From the NCBI GenBank assembly GCA_964016885.1, contig OZ024742.1:41540001-41604000 (forward strand): a stretch of DNA of 64,000 nt. The letters are read 5' to 3'. This DNA comes from Eledone cirrhosa (Eukaryota). The position numbers and the translations under genes are program-made. Below the pieces are notes generated by a model. It made no database searches. It was not told where the DNA came from and saw only the letters and a program-made list of their open reading frames with translations. Of the stretch, positions 27,151 to 41,885 are shown piece after piece. Each line of letters opens with the position of its first letter. Position 1 is the stretch's first letter.

Positions 27151-29227
27151 AAAAATAACGTAAGATCACACTTCATCCTTAACCCCAATTAAGAATTATT
27201 GCTTTAACCTTTTTGATACCACATGGCCAAAACTGACTCTGGCTTAATGAAACAAAACCACCCATTTTCAAGGGTTCCTGTTTAATTTAATATCTTCTAA
27301 CATAATTTTATATAAAAACATATGTATTATCTTAATAATGAAATAATTTTAGTAAATCCCTCACAATTCTTCATTAATTAATTGAATCAGTGTATTTCAT
27401 TAGAAATATGTCACAAAAAGGTTAGATTAAATCTTCCAACATAATTTTATATAAGAACTATGTGTTAAGTTACTATTTTAGTTATGAAATAATATATGAT
27501 TTTAGTAAATCCCTCACAATTCTTTATCATTTAATTGAAATAGAGTGTAATTCATTAGAAATATTGCCAGGAAAGGGTTAATCTTTCAAAATACTAAATT
27601 TTCATGTTTGTGTTTAATTTTCAGTGAGCTCAGTACCTGACTAATCAACACAACAGGGTTATCAGTGTTTTAATAAATATTGTGCCAGTTCAGTGTGAGG
27701 GGTGGGCTCCACCAGGTTAAAAATTCCGAAGACACTGTGTGTCAGGAAGGTGCCTGTACGACTCTATCAGGAGCTAAGGACCCTTTACACGATAGAACTA
27801 TGAGAAGGAATACAAAGTCATGCAGGGTCCATGGGGCCCTGAAGTCCTGATGGAGTTGTAGGGGTACAGTTTTAAACCTGGTCTGCTCAAAGTCAATTTA
27901 TTCTAGTAAGAGTGAGAGGAATATAGAGGAAGAATTGACCTCCCCAATGGACATGTACTTTATTGAACTTGGTGGGATTTAAATTCAGACTGCAGTCAGC
28001 CAGAATGAATACCATGAAACAGTCTGTCTGATGTTCTAACATCTCTGCCAATTTGCCATTTTGACACATGTTCAATCTTGTTGAAAATACAAGGGCTTCA
28101 TCTGCAACTTCTAGGGTTTCTTCTTTTCTCTCCCTGAAAGTTAGTTTCTATTTCTATGTTTTGGTCAATTTATTTCCAAAATGTTTTCAGTTACTTTTCT
28201 TACTTTTTAAAGCACCCTTCTATCATGACTGACCATAGGTTTGCACCAAGAAAGTCCACTCCAAGACACAAATCTGGGAAAAGCATTTTGTGGAAGACCA
28301 GCAGTCAGTCATGCATGTCAGTCCCTCCTCGCTATGTTACCAATGTTGCTCAAGGGAAAGATAAAGGCTGATGCAGCAAGGCACCAGTGTTATTGCAACT
28401 CATTTTATCCAGTTGAGCAGACTAAAGCAACATTAAATAAGGTGTCTTGCTCAAGGAGACAACACACTGCCCTGTCTGAGAATTGAACTCAAAACCTGAT
28501 TGTGAGCCAAACAGTCTAAACGCAAAGCCACATGCCTTAACCTTCAGTTACTTTAGTTCTACATAATTACATGCCCTGTAACTAATGTTGAAAGTAGGAT
28601 CTTATTTCTAATACGCATGAAGAACCTGAATAGTTATGTTCATGTTCCAAAAGCTCAAGTGGGATAACCCTTTTCCTGTTGAGGGGTGGGGATTGGTGGA
28701 AGTAAATCGCTTATGTGGGAGGCCACATGCTGCAACATGTTCTCTGATGCAAACCTCATCACTTTAGTTACACTTGAACATTGCTGCCTGTAAAGCAAAG
28801 AAGTAGAAAATAACCAAATAATGGATTTGACTGACCGCTTCCTTTTCATGTTGGTATCCATCAAGACTTTCAGTGTCCTTGGTTCTTGGACTGCTGTCTC
28901 TCTCTGCAAAATTGGGAGGATTACATCTCACCTGATGAAGGAACCCAGAAATGCTTTTGCAGGGCACAATTGAAATATACTTTCCCCAGAAAAGGGTATA
29001 GAGTTTTCCCCCCTTTAAATTATCTAAATTTTCATTTCTTCCCTTTTTTTTTCTTTCTCTATTTTTCTCACTTCCACTAATGCAATAAAATCTAATAATA
29101 AGTCATATTAAAAAATAGTCCTTTTGGAAAATCAATGATACCATAAACTTTCCTTTATTCTCCTTAATTTCCATCAAATATACAAAGGTTTTCTATAAGA
29201 ATCATTATTGATCTTTTGTCTTTAAAG

Positions 29228-29284
29228 CTGATGTTCAACAAAAGCAGGTAGAACAGAATGAAGAAAATTTCAAGTGTGCTGAAG
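29228..29284 (+). CDS. ETS transcription factor, putative exon 2 (DVQQKQVEQNEENFKCAE)
   Basis: Pyrimidine tract and AAG acceptor, GTATT donor, 57 nt, phase 1/1, open frame. Confidence 0.55.
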
Positions 29285-29868
29285 GTATTCCTGAATTTTC
29301 TCTTTTGTTCGAGACTGACACCAACCAGAATAATGACCTCACTTCCTCTGTCTTTTCTGAATATGAAACTAGTGAGTTATCTCGTTATTATTATTAACCA
29401 TTCTGTCACTGTAATTCCAATGGAATACGCTCTATTTCAATTAATTAATGAAGTATTTTGATGGATTTACTAAAATTATTAATTATTCTATTTCTAAGGC
29501 AGTAACTTAACATATAGCTTATATAAAATTATATCGGAAGATTCAATTTAAATAGGAACTTTTTCAAGAAGGTGGTTTTGATTCATAGAGCCAAAGCCAG
29601 TTTTGGGTTGTTTGGCATGAATCTAACCTTGCTTAGGGTGCCAGATAGTCTGGCACCGGCCCTGTGTGTAAGATCAATACAACAAACTACAAGTGATCTG
29701 GTGTTAATAGCTGAGAGTGTAAGTGAACAGACAGGGAAGGTAAATAGGTAGAAGGAATGCATGGAGGACAACTATATGAAGGTGTATATCTAAAAGACAA
29801 AGGTGATGGTAAATGATAAAGTATGTGATGAGATGGAAAGAACATTATGAGTGTTTGAGTGAACTCTA

Positions 29869-30101
29869 TTAACTCTTTAGCATTTAAACCGGCCATATCC
29901 AGCCAGAATTTTCTCACCTCTTTCTATTCAAACCGGCTTTAACCAGCCACTAATACTTACATTAAGGTATTGTTCTCAGAATAAATAACATTAAAATCTC
30001 GTAGCTTTGATATTATGTAAGATAATTATGTAAGAAAGATAAAGTCTTTACCATGAAAATACAATAGTAAATATAGAGTAATGTAAATACTAAAGGGTTA
30101 A
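29869..30101. mobile_element. TTAA-flanked MITE (piggyBac-like)
   Basis: TTAA-CTCTTTAGCATTTA...TAAATACTAAAGGG-TTAA; second copy at 30993-31227. Confidence 0.65.
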
Positions 30102-30522
30102 ATGTACAATATTAACTGGGTGGGTACATTGGAAATGTAGTGGTGTGAAGGGATTATTAAATAATTTTGTTGGATCAATCAATATTTCTAATTTTTTTAT
30201 ATCAGAACCCAATGAGTTTTGAACATACAATATACCGGGTGTGGATGTTCATGTTGCTACCATCCACTCAGCTGGAAAAAATCAGTTGCACATACAATTC
30301 AAAGCACGAACCTTGTTACACACAAATATATGCACACAGCTATGCATTCAGACACACATACACATGCATACAGACACACATACACACACATAGATATACA
30401 CTGACATACACAGACACACAGATACACACACCAAACACATACACAGACAGACACAGACATAGGCACATGCATACATACATACACTATTGGTAAGATGTCA
30501 AGTATATAAACATCTGTTTCAG

Positions 30523-30727
30523 GTGGATCTGGTCATGGTAAGCGACTGTATCCCTTTCTTCTACACCTCCTGGAGAACAACAAAGACAACAGTAATGCGA
30601 TAATCAGATGGGAGGACCGCAGCGAGGGCTTGTTTCGTATCTGTTCACTAAGCAATCTTGCTGTACTTTGGGGCAAAGAGAAAAACAACAGTAGTATGGA
30701 TCATAACAAACTAAGAAGGGCATTGAG
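30523..30727 (+). CDS. ETS domain exon (EHF/ELF3/ELF5-like)
   Basis: RLYPFLLHLLE..IIRWEDRSEGLFRI..LAVLWGKEKNNSSMDHNKLRRALR; TTTCAG acceptor and GTGAGT donor; not in the ORF track. Confidence 0.92.
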
Positions 30728-30992
30728 GTGAGTTGTTACAGCTCCTTCTTAACATCATCATCATCATCCACATTTCCATGCTTGTATAGATTTGACATTT
30801 TCTCACCACAGTCTCCCTCTACTAGTTACATTCCCCTACTGCAGCCTTACTTAACTCATTGTGTGCCTTTGTCATCTCCTCTGTGAGGTCCAATGTTTTG
30901 AGATTGCCACTAATCACCTCTGGTCAGGTTTCCCCCAGTCTTCCTCTACTACAGCTTCCTTCTACTGGCATCTAATCTTATTATTTGTTAGT

Positions 30993-31227
30993 TTAACCCT
31001 TTAGAATTTAAACTGGCCACCATATCTGGCCAGAATTCTCTCACCTCTTTCTGCTCAAACTGGCTGTAACCTGTCGCTCATACTTATGTTACAGTATTGT
31101 TATCAAAATAGATATCATCAAAATCTCGTAGATTCGATATTATGTGAGATAATTATGTCAGGTAAAGCCTTTACTGTGAAAATATAATAATAATATATAT
31201 AGAGTAATGTAAATGCTAAATTGTTAA
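30993..31227. mobile_element. TTAA-flanked MITE, second copy
   Basis: Homologous to 29869-30101. Confidence 0.6.
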
Positions 31228-31975
31228 AGGCAATGAATGGCAGAGCCCTTAGAATGTCAGCTAAAATACTTAATAATGAGAAAGTTAATTATATTACTAA
31301 ATTACCAATTCTTAATTATTTTGAAAATGATTAGAAAATCATAGGCAATACCTTTCATTAGAAATATGATAAAGAAAAGGCTAATCAATTAAAATTATGC
31401 CCATAATGAAAAGAAAAAATATTTTTTATAATAATTCTTGTGAAATGCAAGGGAGACAAAACTTAATTCAAATTCACTAATCATTAAATTGAGGCATGCA
31501 GTGAAAAATTAGATCTCTGGTAAATACAGTGACAACTCCAGACACGTTTCAGTCATTTTAGACCACAGCAAGGTATAGTCTTATTCGTACTTACCAAACC
31601 TTAGAATGTTTGTAAAAACATATACCTTTAAAGTAGAAAAAAAAACAAAAAAAAACACACAATCTTTGGTAAAGCAACATAAAATAATGACATAAGATAA
31701 AGAATTCCCCAGAGGTTGCCTTCTTTTATTTTTATTTTTTAGACATAATATATCTAGGATGTAACCTAATGTGTCCTTCATTTTTTTAAAGGTAGTAGGG
31801 TGTAATTCGAAGAAGATTTGGTTGCTATTTCTCAGAACCCCCTTGTTGACTCACAATTGATTTGGTTGTCTCCCTATGCACATATTTTATGAGAATTTGA
31901 TCCTTGAAGTATAGTCTTTCTTTTTTTATTTAATAATTAAACATGCAAGACTATATACAGAATTTTCTTTTACAG

Positions 31976-32741
31976 GTATATCATAGATAAACGCAAGTTG
32001 TTGAAAGTTGACAGGCATATCTATAAGTTTATCACTGATTTTAAAGAAAATCAATATATGAAGTCAAGAAGTTCTCATCAACCTGCATGCAAATACGCAT
32101 CTAAAGAGATAGAAACCACAAACAGCACAAACAACAGCCCTTTGACTTTCAGTAATTATGTTTCAAATAATGAGGGTGTGTTTCATGCTCCTGTAGTTCT
32201 CACTGGTGAAGAATTGATCAAGTTTGATATATGTCACAACGACAATAAAATCTCTGAAGCAACAGATTCAATATCATGTGTAGATAGCACAGGTGAAATT
32301 TTGTACTGCTCCAATAATGACATGCCTAACATGGAACATTTTTCTGTTCCTTCAGTTTCAGATAGCAATAGCTCTTTGTCATTTAATGACTTGCAAATGT
32401 CAGTCAATTTAGATTTTAGTCTAAAACCAATGTGTTTGAATTCTGACATATTTCTACCCGAATTGTCACCCCCAAATAACTGCCTTGAAATTCCACAGAA
32501 TGTTGACTTCATTGAGGATGATTTCTTGTATGATTGCAAAACTTCAGGTTCCAACAATGATGAGTGGCTTGAACATTACACGGGTTTATCTGACTTCAAA
32601 AGTTTAGATTCTGACACAAGTAATTTTGAACCAATGTGCTTTGAGTATGACAGCGAAAATGAATCTTGCGATGTTGACACAAATTTGAAAGCTCTGCTAC
32701 ATAATCTTCATCAAGATATACAGTTTTTAAATAATGCTTAG
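31976..32741 (+). CDS. ETS transcription factor, last coding exon (ETS C-terminus plus acidic Ser/Asp/Asn-rich tail)
   Basis: TTTTACAG acceptor; phase 2 join restores R-YIIDKRKLLKVDRHIYKF; in frame with the 247-aa ORF 31998-32741. Confidence 0.9.
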
Positions 32742-32801
32742 AATTTGACAGCCATGCATAAAACAAGTCAAGTTATGACTTTATTGTGTTACATACATAT
32801 A

Positions 32802-32848
<47 letters not shown>

Positions 32849-35149
32849 CATATGTAAGTATATGTGTATGTGTATGATTTGTATAATTTCCCTCCAAAAA
32901 GGAAGGTCATTGAAGAAAATAATTGGGTTAATATCCTATTTTTAAGGATATTTATTTTATCTTGTTGTTTAGCCTCAGGTCAGCTCTGATTGAGCAGACC
33001 TATACCATGCAGATAGTCAGCCAAATGAAGAAATGTGACACACAGGTCCATATCTAGTTAGTCCATTAATTCATGTTTCTAATTATCTGAGGATCATACA
33101 TTACTACCAGACACATTGTGATGAATCATATGAGACACAGCATGGCAGTTCAGAAATATTGCACTCTCTCCACTGTCCAGTCTATTCTTGTATGCCCATT
33201 GTGGATGCAGCATGGCCGAATGGTTAAGAAGTTTGCTTCACAGTCATTAGGTCTCAGATTCGATCCCACTGCATGAAATATTGAGCAAATGTCATTTACC
33301 AAAGCCTTGAGTTGGTCCACGCTTGGTGAGTGAACTTAAGTAGGTGTAAACTGAATGGAAGCCTATTGGATAGACTATATTTGTAGTCCAAAGGGCCAGC
33401 CTTGACACATACTCTGTCACACTGAATCCCCCTGAGAACTATGTTCTTCTTTGTGTGTATGAGTTGGTTTCAGGTTGTTGTTGTTTTCCTGATCGAGATC
33501 AATAATCAGTTATTCCAGGGCCCACTGCAAGTAGGTCGACAAACTTGGGCCCCAGAATTACATTGAAGGTACACATGTCTGGAATGCTCAGCGATCTTAA
33601 TTTCATATCCAGGCTGCTCTGTTGATTGAACAACTGTAACACTCCTTGCCAAAATTGACAGAGGTCCATTCTTGTATACCCATAGTGGCCACAGCAGAGG
33701 TGGGCAAGGTAGACTTGATTAGATCTCAATTATTCCTGTTCCTCTGTATTTATTGATATGCACCCCAGCATAATGTTTGGGGGCCATTGAAATATTAATG
33801 TTACAGCCCTTTCTGTATGTACGTGTTCATTACAGTTGTCTTAATGGCACAGGAGAGATAGTGTTTTTAGAATTGCATTGTAATTGTGCTCTGGGATGTT
33901 GTGTATGTGTTTAGATATTTATAGGGTGGGTGTTGTATTTAAGAAACATTTGGCTGTTATTTCTTGCAGGTCAAGTGACTGCGTGGAGGCTGCTTTCCAG
34001 TTTATTGGAATATGTATTTATATTTGCCAGAACATTTACATTTTTACTTCTTTCTTTAAGATATATTAAATTCTTGAATAATGCAAATAATGACACATGC
34101 ATTGAGTGAATATATTAACCCTTTCATGATCTTATTTCTAATGAAATACACTATTTCAATTAAATAATGATGAATTTTGAGGGATTTACTAAAATTATTA
34201 ATTATTTCATTACTAAAATAGTAATTTAACATGGTTCTTATACAAAATTATGTTGGAAAATTGTGGTTTGTTTCATAGAATAAAAAGGGTTACTTATAGT
34301 CAACTTTATCATTAATTATGTGAACTAAAATCAATATATGCTGGGAGGTTTTCTGTTAATAGTTTTTTATTTTATTTTTAAATTACAAATTTTGTATGAT
34401 TATTTTTATACATATTTTACTTAAATAATGTTCTATATTTTTTATAAAAATGTTTTTACAAATAATTTTCCATCCATATTCATAAGAAGGTACTTTTATT
34501 ATGCCTTTCCTTCTTTCTACTATATTACTGTTAAGATTTGTCAGAATCATTAGAGATTTGGATATTTGTTCTAGGTCTCTGTGTTCTGAGTTCAAATCCT
34601 GCTGAGGTCCACTTTGCCTTTCATATTTCGAGGTCGATTAAGTACCAGTCAAGTGCTGGTACGGCTTTCTCTCTCTCTTTCCAGCTGTCACATCTTGGAT
34701 GTTCCACTGGATCAAGTGAGAGAGGGTCGAGAGGGTGTATTTATCTACTCGTGATTGCATGGGTGCCTACAACTCTTAACAAAAGCTTGGTACATACTAC
34801 CTAGGCACTCAATTGTGAGTGATGGCTGTAGTACCATTAGATTTCAATTTTACTCTCTCGCTATCTTGAAAGTTAAAGAAAAGAGACACATTTCACTTTG
34901 CACAGAGTATAACACTAAATGTTTTGTATATTCCTCATTATCCTTATCATCAGTTTACATTCACTTTCCATGCTGGCATGGGTTGGATGGGATGTTATAA
35001 TCAAGTTAGTTCTTATTCAGATGAGTTGTTTTCTGAGTTGGAGGACAACATATCACTTCAATGTTCCAATTTTTGGTATGATTTCTATGGTTAGATGCTT
35101 ATAACACCAATTACTTAACAGTGTACTAAGTGCATTTCAATATGGCATT

Positions 35150-35415
35150 AACAACTAGTGAGATCTCTCTACACTAGCTTATCTAGACCACTAACTAAAG
35201 AGTTATCTTTCCCTTACCTTATCTAGAGTAAATGATCTCCTATCTTATTTTGCATTGAGATCTCTCTACTCGACATAATCTAGACAAAAGAGCTCTCTCT
35301 ACCTAACATTATCTAGATTAAAGAGCTTTCTCTACCCTATTTTATCTAGATTAAAAATCTCTCTTTCTCCTATTTTATCTGGACTGTACATCTCTCTCTA
35401 CTCTACATTGTCTGA
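35150..35415. repeat. Degenerate ~30-bp tandem repeat
   Basis: Recurrent ATCTAGA..AAGAGCTCTCTCTAC units. Confidence 0.55.
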
Positions 35416-38059
35416 CCTACACACACACACACATATATATACTAAGGCCTCCTTCGGTCAAGGCTGAGCATGGGTAGTATCCTGTTGTTATCTCGGCTGG
35501 AGCAGCATCTCTGGTGGCTAAGCAGACCGATTCGTATGTGACAGCCTCTGTCACATTGAACACATCTGTATGTGGTCTCTGGTCTGTTGGATTTATGGCA
35601 CTCCTTTCACTGTGCCCTCCTGTCCGCTGTTACAGTCATCAACCTCTCCTCTCCTGATTTGAGGTGTTGATTCAGGATGCTCCTCCATCTTGGCCATGAT
35701 ATATATATATAAATAACTAGTTGTTAGTTATTATATATATCATGAAGCAGACGGATCTGTGTGGGAGGGAACGAACAACGATTAATACAAATGCACACAA
35801 TTACAAAGAAATATATATGAGATAAAAATGTCTAGGAAAGCAGCATGACGACTTAGACATCATAACATGTACAAGTCTGACAAGAAGGAGAGAAAATTTG
35901 TTTCACTGAAGCTGCAGATAGTAATAAATTACCATATATACTCATGTGAAAATTGATTTTTTTTTTTTTTTTTTTACGAATTTTTTAACTTAAATTTATG
36001 GGGCTGAGTAGTACATAGATACTACTTTCTAGGGGCTGAAAATCCCACTGCAATCCAAAATAATGTATCAATAAGTAGAAGCCCAAATAGATGTAAAAGT
36101 AAAATATAATAATACTGATGTTTCCATGCATCAAAACATATTACCAAAACACATAAGGCTGTGTTGCTTTTATAATTATTTCCACTTGTGTACATCAGGA
36201 CATAATAGTGTAGACATTAATTTCCTCCTCATAACATCAATGTTCAGGATAAAACCTTGATACACAAATGTTGATTTGTTTTCCCCCAAAGAACTAGGGT
36301 CTACTTTTACATGGGATATTTGGAAATATCCTTTTTTTTTTGTAGAAAATAGGAAGTCGATTTTTACATAAGTATACATGGTATATATTTAACAAATCTG
36401 TTGGGGAATAAAGTAAAAAGACCTTTCACCAAAATTAGTCTTTGTTTTTATTATAACTTATTAAATAAAGAATACATACTTATAAAGTAAGGAATAAATA
36501 AAAGAATATACTTAACTTATATATTTGCACATCCAATAGTGAATGTATGTAATTTATAAATATCCATGCATTTTTTTAGTAATTAAAATGACTAATATAC
36601 TATATGTTTTCTGCTCTCTTTTTTTATTGTTTTTTTGCTTTCTTTTGTTGTTTTCTATCTTAGATGTGAAGAAGTATATATGATTATGTAAACATAGCTT
36701 GGAAAAGTCCTTTTTATGTATGACCCATAACTTAATGGATTGTTGAGACACCACTAAAGTATTTATAGTCAAAGGCAGCAAATTAGCATTGTCATTAGAG
36801 TCTAATTAAATTACTTGCTCTGGCATCCTGTGCTTTGTTTTCAAATCTTATCATGGTCAACTTTGCTTTTCACCTTTCGGGTTATTAAATAAAGTATCAG
36901 TTCAGAAGAGGTGAATTGGCAGAATTGGTAAGAATAGGACAGGATGCTTTGCACTATCTGATCTAGCTCTATACATTCTGAATTCAAACCTAGCCTCCTA
37001 TAGCCAGTTAGTATCAGCAATGGAAAAACCAATAGAAATATAGTTTTGTTTTTTTTGTCAGATTGGCTGCTTTTTATACCAAAGAAGCCTATCAAAGCCC
37101 ACATGTTCTGACAACACTGTGAAAATTACTAAACCTAGGGCACTAAATATCCAGGCACTGGCTCTGGGTAGAGCAAGGGTCGCAAACATGCGACCTGCAA
37201 ACTACATTTCTAAAGCTTGTGACAGAACAATTTTCCTGGTTAATATTTTCCTAAAACTTGGTAATTTATCCCTTGCCTCTTCCATCCTCTTGCAACAGTA
37301 TTAAGCTTGACCTGCCAACCTAATGAAAACAAGTAATCAATTTTAAGATCAGCCAGTGTCTGACCATGTTTCTTCCAAGGAAAGGGTAGAGTGCACTTTA
37401 ATATTTCATTCACTTTCACTTCAAGACCAAAACTGAAAAGTAGAAATATATATCCAATTTTATATACATTTTAAAAAAAAGTCTTAATAAGAATGTTCTT
37501 AAAATCTATATTGGTTTGTTTCAAAAACTTATTGTGGTTGAAGGGTGGCTGAGATTTGTTTCAAAGACCTATTGTGGTGGAAAGGTGACTGAGATTATAG
37601 AAAACTAACTCACACAACAGAACATGAGGATTTCTTCTTTTTTCTTTTTTTGGGGTGGGGGGTGGGGGTGGGTGGGGGGTCATAATGTGAAAAAAGGGTA
37701 GATTTGATAACTCATTTGGCATAGAGGGTGTACTTGAGATGACAAACAACTAACACCAGGCTTAATATGTCTTCATAATTCTGGGGCTGGAAGTTCAGGG
37801 GCAGTCTTGCTGGAAACAAGGGCCAGTGATGTCACATCAGAATTGCAGGCTGTGTCTCTCTCTTGGTTCGTGTAGCCACTTGTGATGACTTATGCAAATG
37901 AGTGTGAGAGTTTTGCTATGTTCTCTGGCTAGATACAAAACAGTTGAGCATTGCAGAGGGAGAATCAGTCCAGACATAAGTGGAGACACAAAGGTAGGTC
38001 TCTTTGCTTCTTGTGACAAGTTTTTTTATTTTCATTTACTTTTTTCAACTTGCAGAAGA

Positions 38060-39570
38060 TATGGTGACAAAGCTAAGGATCAATAGCCACACAATCAGAA
38101 CCTTCCGTGGTGGGGGAGACTTTATTGCCCAGCTTTGGAAGATAAAATTGGTCGCTACGTTACAAGGGATCGAAAATGTGGCAGTCTTCATGCTCTGTAC
38201 CTGGAGGGGAACGCACTGGTACTGTACTTCAAAACAGATCAGGCAGACCAATTGAATGCGGAGAAGATCGAGCAACGGCTCACGGAAGCATTCACTGTAG
38301 GATCCTATGCTGTTTTCGCCAAACTAGAAAAGGTTAGACGGACAGGAGAGCAGATGGACGTGTTTGCAGCAGAAACCGGGAGGTTGGTTACACTAGCTGA
38401 ATTTACAAACGAGAATGGACCATGCGGGTGGCATTCACGAATGGCTTCTCTGAGTGGTAACACGAACGATGAGGGGAGAAAAGCCCCAATAAAAGCTCAG
38501 GGGTGGGGATTCAAAGACCAGTGCTTTAGGTGATTGCAAGGAGCTGAAACCTGAAATAATTTGCTAACGGTGTAAGCAGGCAGGACACATCACCAGGAAT
38601 TGCAACCAAGGAAACGGCCAAAGGGCAATTACTGCGTTGGTAGCTATTTCTGGAAATGAGTAGAGGCACTGTTGCAGTCACCAACTGTAATAGAGGTTAT
38701 GGTGGTGAGGAGCTGTCAAGAGTCCTTGTGGAAATGGGCTGCACAACAACCCTAGTGACCTCGAAAATGGTTAAAAAGTGGAGCAGAGAGATTAGATGCT
38801 AAGGTAGCCGTGAGGTGGACATGGCGGTACAATGAATAAAAATAAGGCTGTGAATCATGATCGACAACGTGGTAGATAGAATTGATGTGGTAATAGGCAT
38901 GGATGCGATTAGCTGCTTAGGAAGCATTACAGTGAGTGAGGACGGAGTAACGTTTGATAATGTGGGAACATCATGAACGGTGAATGTGCAACGGGAATGA
39001 GGAGAGCCATGAAGAAAAATATGCTGTTCATACTATTCAAGACAAGTATTTCTCAGCTGTGTTCAACAATCAGTGGTGGATAGTTGAGTGGTACTGGAAA
39101 GGAGAGCCCTCAACTTTGAAGAACAGAGTGAGCTGTTACCAGCATACCCTGAAAGGGGACATTAGGAATGAGTTTGAGGAAAAGGATGAAGGAGGACTGC
39201 AACCACATCAGCTTGGTTGAATTGGGCGCTGTGTTAAAGGGGGTGAATCTCGCAATTAGATGGGGGCTGCACACTATAGAGATTTGTACTGATTCAGCCA
39301 CTGTACTCGGATGGGTGAGACCAGTGCTTACCAGCAAGAAGAGCATGCACATGAAAAGGGCGGTAGAGATCCTAATAAAGCGCCGCTTGGGAACTCCGGG
39401 AGAGCTAGCTGCTGTTTGGCCTGAAATTGAGCGTGCTCTTTGTGCCCTTGGAAAGAAATAAGGTGGATATCCTAACCAGGGTGAAGAAGAAAGCCTGGCT
39501 GGAAATGCCAGAGGATAGCTGCAGTGTATCAGCTGAGTGACTCGGAGTTGAGGAGGTTGCATACCATGCA
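38060..39570 (+). mobile_element. Degenerate LTR retrotransposon (Gypsy-like) gag/protease/RNase H remnant
   Basis: LYLEGNAL gag-like motif, CKQAGHITRNC knuckle, protease-like VLVEMGCTTTLV, RNase H-like ELGAVLKG..TDSATV; RT mostly deleted; no LTRs recognised. Confidence 0.7.
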
Positions 39571-40077
39571 TTTAAAAAAATAATATCTTGAACTCAAAAT
39601 ATGTTTCTATGTGGTAAAAGGGTAGTCTAAGAGTCAGTGCAGGATTTAAGACACATAAGGCCCTGTGCTAGTTAAGTTATGAGGCCCCTTACTTGGGCCC
39701 TGAAGGAGGTAAAAAAAAAAATTGGCAGAAAGATGCACCCCCTTCCCCGGCCAACGAGGTTATGTGCTTCAGCACACCTAAGCACAATGGCAAATATGGC
39801 ACTGCTAATAGTAGATCGAATTTTAGGGATTTTCAAGTTATAACCTGGATGGTTTAAAAAAGAAATGTTAACCCCCCAAAAAATCGAACTGAGTATACTA
39901 ATGAAATAATAAAGATTAAAAAAAAATTACATTAGTGTTAAATATTGAATCTTTTAGTTAACTGATCGAAAAGGCGAGACGTGTGTAATTGTAAAAATCT
40001 ACCTAAAGCTTTAATACTTGTACATATTGTTTCCAAGTTTTTTTAAAGGCACGCATTTCATTTGATATGTATATTAA

Positions 40078-40294
40078 ATGGTTTCTTATATAGGCACAAG
40101 GCCAGCCATTTTGGTGGAGGGAAAAGTCGATTAAATCGACCCAGTGCGTGACTGGTACTTTATTTTATCAACCCCAAAAGAATGAAAGGCAAAGTTAACC
40201 TCTACGGGATTTGAACTCAGATCATAAAGGGCCGTAACTCTATGCTGCAAAGCATGGTGTTCGACCATCTACCGATACTGCCACTCCACCGCCC
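40078..40294 (-). mobile_element. SINE family A
   Basis: Full-length reverse copy. Confidence 0.9.
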
Positions 40295-40330
40295 TATATG
40301 TATCATAATCATTATCTATAAAAGGCATGA

Positions 40331-40520
40331 GGGCGGTGAATTGGCAGTATCGGTAGAGGGTTGGACGCCATGCTTTCTAGCATAGTTTCGTCCCTTTACA
40401 TTCTGAGTTCAAATCCCGCCGAGGTTAACTTTGCCTTTCATCCTTACGGGGTCGGTAAAATAAAGTACCAGTAATGTACTGGGTAATTGCTGGCCTTGTG
40501 CCTAAAGTAGAAACAATTAT
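40331..40520 (+). mobile_element. SINE family A with 17-bp TSD
   Basis: ATTATCTATAAAAGGCA at 40311-40327 and 40516-40532. Confidence 0.92.
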
Positions 40521-41050
40521 CTATAAAAGGCAGATTGTTGTTGTAGTGTGTGTGTGTGCATGTTCCATGTTTATACATTTGCACAATTTCAAACCGATTC
40601 GACCCAAAGTCTGTAAGAATGTTGTAAATGGTCTAACTTAGGTCAACGACTATTTATTTATTTCAAACTCACCCACAATTATGGAAATAATCGATAAAAC
40701 TAAATACATGATGCTTTACCCCTCTCTACTCCCCTTAAAATTCGATAAAACTACATACATGCTGCAACTTATTCTTATATACGCTTAAACTTACAAACTT
40801 CCTTTAGGAACGCCGAAGAAAGAAGAGAGAGTGAGAGAGAGAACGTTTGTTTTTGAGTGTGGAACGGTCAAACATTTAAAGCATACTGACAGGTTCCTCT
40901 CTTCAATGGCGGTTCGCTTAATAGTGGTAATTGGCGAATCTCGCGAGGGCGCTTGGTTAGAGAGGTTGCCCGGTACTCCTCGCGACGTTACTGTCTTTTG
41001 CTCTGGTGTTGGCTCAGTTGTTCACCCCTTCTTTTACATTTTCTTTAATA

Positions 41051-41235
41051 TTGTTTCTACTTTTGGCACAAGACCAGCAATTACTCAGTGTATTACTGGT
41101 ACTTTATTTTATCGACCCTGTAAGGATGAAAGGTAAAGTTAACCTCAGCGGGATTTGAACTCAGAATGGCAAGGGCTGTAACTCTATGCGTCAAAGCATG
41201 GCGTCCGACCTTCTACCGATACTGCCAATCCACCA
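41051..41235 (-). mobile_element. SINE family A
   Basis: Full-length reverse copy flanked by TTTTCTTTAA on both sides. Confidence 0.9.
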
Positions 41236-41805
41236 ATTTTCTTTAACATTAAAAGAATATATCTTTCTGAAAGAATCGCGAGCAATTTATAATGTTATCT
41301 AAGCATTCGTAATGTTATTTATATATATATATATATTTAAAACATATTTGTTATGTCATTCTACTGTAAATTTATTTATATGCTCTGTATAATAAAAATA
41401 TAATTGATTTTTATACTAATATACGAATTTCAAAACCACGCATCTAAATATAATGTGTTGATTAGCTGCCTCGACTTATACACAAGGTTTGGACTTTTGC
41501 CCATTTCTCAGACATAAAATAGGAGACGGCTTATATTCGGATCGACTTATATTTGATTGTATATACGGTAATTCATATATTATCATACTAGCTGACCCGC
41601 CCGGCTAGGTATACCTGCCCCCAACACTCCACTGCAAAGATACCACACACCCTCTCGTGTCACATTGTCCTTCCGACACCCTCTCTCTCTCACTCTCTGA
41701 ATAACTAACACTTTAATTGTATCTCTCTCTGTCTAACCGCCTATCTCTCTCTTCCCCCCCCCTCTGTTTTTCTGTCTCTCTCTGTAGATGTGTGTGTAGT
41801 TTTCC

Positions 41806-41885
<80 letters not shown>

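Noticed and set aside
27625-27660. Additional ETS exon after a TTTTCAG acceptor
   Set aside because: Stops in the candidate frames and no clear compatible donor
28925-28985. CTGATGA..GAAAT hammerhead candidate (also CTGAAGA near 25731 and CTGACGA near 4694)
   Set aside because: Stems I/III or the GAAA half are missing
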